NCBI RefSeq assembly: GCF_001194135.2
Contig: NC_068983.1
Span: 69,982,090 to 70,033,816, forward strand
Source of the DNA: Octopus bimaculoides
Taxonomy: Eukaryota
Direction: 5' to 3'
DNA: 51,727 nucleotides
Shown: positions 49,202 through 51,727 of the stretch, piece after piece
How the letters are laid out: the number at the start of each line of letters is the position of its first letter
How positions within the stretch are numbered: position 1 is the first letter of the stretch
Program-made: the position numbers and the translations under genes
The notes under the pieces: generated by a model
Database searches by the model: none
Told to the model about the DNA's origin: nothing
Seen by the model: only the letters and a program-made list of their open reading frames with translations

Positions 49202-50206
49202 GTAGGTCAGTTGCTTGAGTTAAATTGGGCAACAAATCAAATATACTACCCAAAAATAAACACAATCCCTTTGATATGCTTTCACACAATTTCCATCTAC
49301 TTAATTTCAATCACAAGACTTTGGTTGAGTGAAGTGGTGTTCTTTGATGTTGTCATCCAATTCACAGTTTAGCTGTTAGTAACAGGATGAGAATACAGCT
49401 GAAGAAAACAATTAATTCATCAATAAGCATTAGCTTATTGTTGGAACAATTGCATGTACAGGCATAAAAAGAGAATTTCTATAGACATTACTTAAGAGAA
49501 ATACCATCATAATATAGAAGATATTTGACATATATTATACAAATAAATATAATAATAAATACTGAGATCTTTCTATGAATTTTATTGATCTACACTCCCT
49601 AGTTTTTATAATAAGATTCCTCGCTTAAATAGGTTAACCTTGGTTGACCCAAAGTTAATATAGGAAACACTTGTCCAAGGTGCCATGGAACGTGATCAAC
49701 TACAAAATCATAAAATTGTCAAGTAAATATTTTAAACATACAGCAATGCCTGTGCCCATCATGTCAAAATTTAGTTTATAATAAAAGCAAAACAAGGAAC
49801 AAGTTTTAATCAAGCATATTAAAATGCTGATATTTGGTACATGATCCATTAGAAGCTTAATCACAAAGAAACTCAAATACAAAATTAATCTTTTTAAATC
49901 AAGAATCTTTTTATAAAAGCTAAGTATAAATTAATATTCACTGCAAAATTTCAATATCTGTGATTATATTTATTTGTACCATATAGATTATATATAGCAT
50001 ATATTTTCTATTTTATAATGAAATTTCTCTTAAGTAATGTCTTATTTGGATTCTTTTTTTATGCCTGTGCATGCAATTATTCTGAGAATATGTTAATATT
50101 CATTGCTGGATTAATTCTTTCCTTCAGTTGGACACTCAGAACAATGACTTTGTGGATTCTACCTTGTCATTTGACCCTTTACCTATGTGTTACTTCACTA
50201 TGAAGC

Positions 50207-50685
50207 CATCATCATCATCATCATTATCATCATCATCATCATCATTTAACATCCATTGTCCATGCTGGCATGGATTGGACGGTTTGACTGGGAGGCTGTG
50301 CCAAGATCCAATCTGATTTGGCATGGTTTTCTACGTCTGGATGCCCTTCCTAATGCCAATCACTTTGAGGGTGTAATGGGTGCTCTTATGTGCCACTGGC
50401 ATGGGTGCTATTTTCGGGACACCAGTATCTGCCATGACTGTGATTTTGCTTGGTTTGATGGGTCTTCTTCTCAAACATGACATAATGCCACTATGATGCC
50501 TAACACTTGAAAGGAACTCAGCTACTTTGCCTCTGTCAGGCCCAATCCTTGAAAGATACTTGGCCAATTTGCCTCCGTGAGGCCCAACATTGAAAGGTTG
50601 ATTTTTTTTTTATAGCCACCAGCACAGGTGCACTTGGCTTGATGGGTTCTCTTAAGCAGAACACATCTCCAAAGATCTCAGTGGT
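50207..50685 (-). mobile_element. RTE-tail element, degenerate
   Basis: (CAT)n followed by the reverse RTE 3' UTR, as at 42090 and 44383. Confidence 0.8.
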
Positions 50686-51315
50686 TTTAAGAAATTATAA
50701 TATGGGGTTATATTAGAAAGGTGATAAAATCACAGAACAACCTTCTTGGGTACAGTTCTACTTAAACATTTATCTAAATATATCATCTACAATTATACAG
50801 TTTGAAAATTAAAAGATTTTGCAATGGAACATATATTCTATTAATATTTGATCATTTTTATATTTCTATTAGTGTCTGTTTAATTCATACAGTTTCCTTC
50901 CCTGAGTTCAAACTCAATAAATTATTCAAGAAATGTTTGCCTTTCTGATTTACAAGCATATTTTCACAAATAGAACTTTATAATAATTTTAGATATAAAA
51001 TATTGACTGAATGTTTATTTCTTATTTAATCTGTTCATTGATTACCTTCCATTTATTTCAGCAAGGAATGCAGTTGTCCATTTGTTTAAAGTGCATTTCT
51101 GCTAAAATAAATAAGATAAAAGAATAATCAATAATCAAAATAACAATGACAATAAATTAAGAAACAAAAATTAATGAAGGAAAAGATAGTTTCTTTCTGG
51201 TAAATCAGTTGAGAACATTTGTGTAGTAACTCAGATTGTTTTATTTTTAAAAAATATTAAAAAAAATTTCAGTTGTTCTCTGTTTTATACAAATCTCTCT
51301 ATTTTTACTGTATAG

Positions 51316-51369
51316 CCAGTCATTCTGTTGGCTGAATATGTTGAATCCATGTTAGTGCATAACCCACTG
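51316..51369 (+). CDS. Candidate 54-nt exon PVILLAEYVESMLVHNPL
   Basis: Long polypyrimidine acceptor (tctctctatttttactgtatag|) and CTG|gtatgt donor; only phase 0 is open; protein-like composition. Confidence 0.45.
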
Positions 51370-51727
51370 GTATGTAAAGTGTGACATATACATCCCTCTG
51401 CTGCACCTTGCAAAAATATCAGGCAAATTTTTTTTTACAGTTTATTTTTTTCTTCCTTTCTTTTCCTTTTTTTTTTTTTTGCTGTGTTTAGCTTATTGAT
51501 TTCTTCTATCAAAGTACTATTCAATATTCCTGTTAAACTGGTGCCAGGCTTGAAAATGAAGATAGAATAGATTGGAATCTGCTATAGTCAGATAGGTGCT
51601 GTTGGCAAATGAAAAGATATGTTGCTTTTATAAATACTAATTCACATTTTTAAAACTTTTAATTTATCTATTTTAATCTATTAATCTCTCTTCTCTCTCT
51701 CTCTCTCTCTCTCTATCTTGGTTTAAA

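Overview
Eukaryotic, AT-rich (about two-thirds A+T by eye) scaffold with five N-gaps. It is dense in microsatellites and dispersed repeats; the SINE/RTE families look like those of Octopus (inference from recognition, not a database hit). No intact long ORF: every ORF in the track is a microsatellite read-through, an N-gap, a decayed RTE/mariner fragment or a chance frame. Supported content: many decayed RTE-clade LINE fragments, several modular tRNA-derived SINE families (some with clean TSDs), piggyBac-type and hAT-type MITEs, an internally deleted mariner and a second mariner end. A CpG-rich promoter-like island lies at about 33.8-34.2 kb. Short candidate exons of unidentified host gene(s) occur on both strands, all low confidence. 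Best novel observation: a Penelope-type repeat at 8731-8933 whose minus strand folds into a minimal type-I hammerhead ribozyme with a compensatory G3-C8 core pair and a palindromic stem III. Also notable: two different SINEs inserted 11 bp apart in two copies of the same MITE, and a head-to-tail SINE array punctuated by the same 14-bp spacer. No prokaryotic-type system, CRISPR array, rRNA or bona fide tRNA gene is supported.
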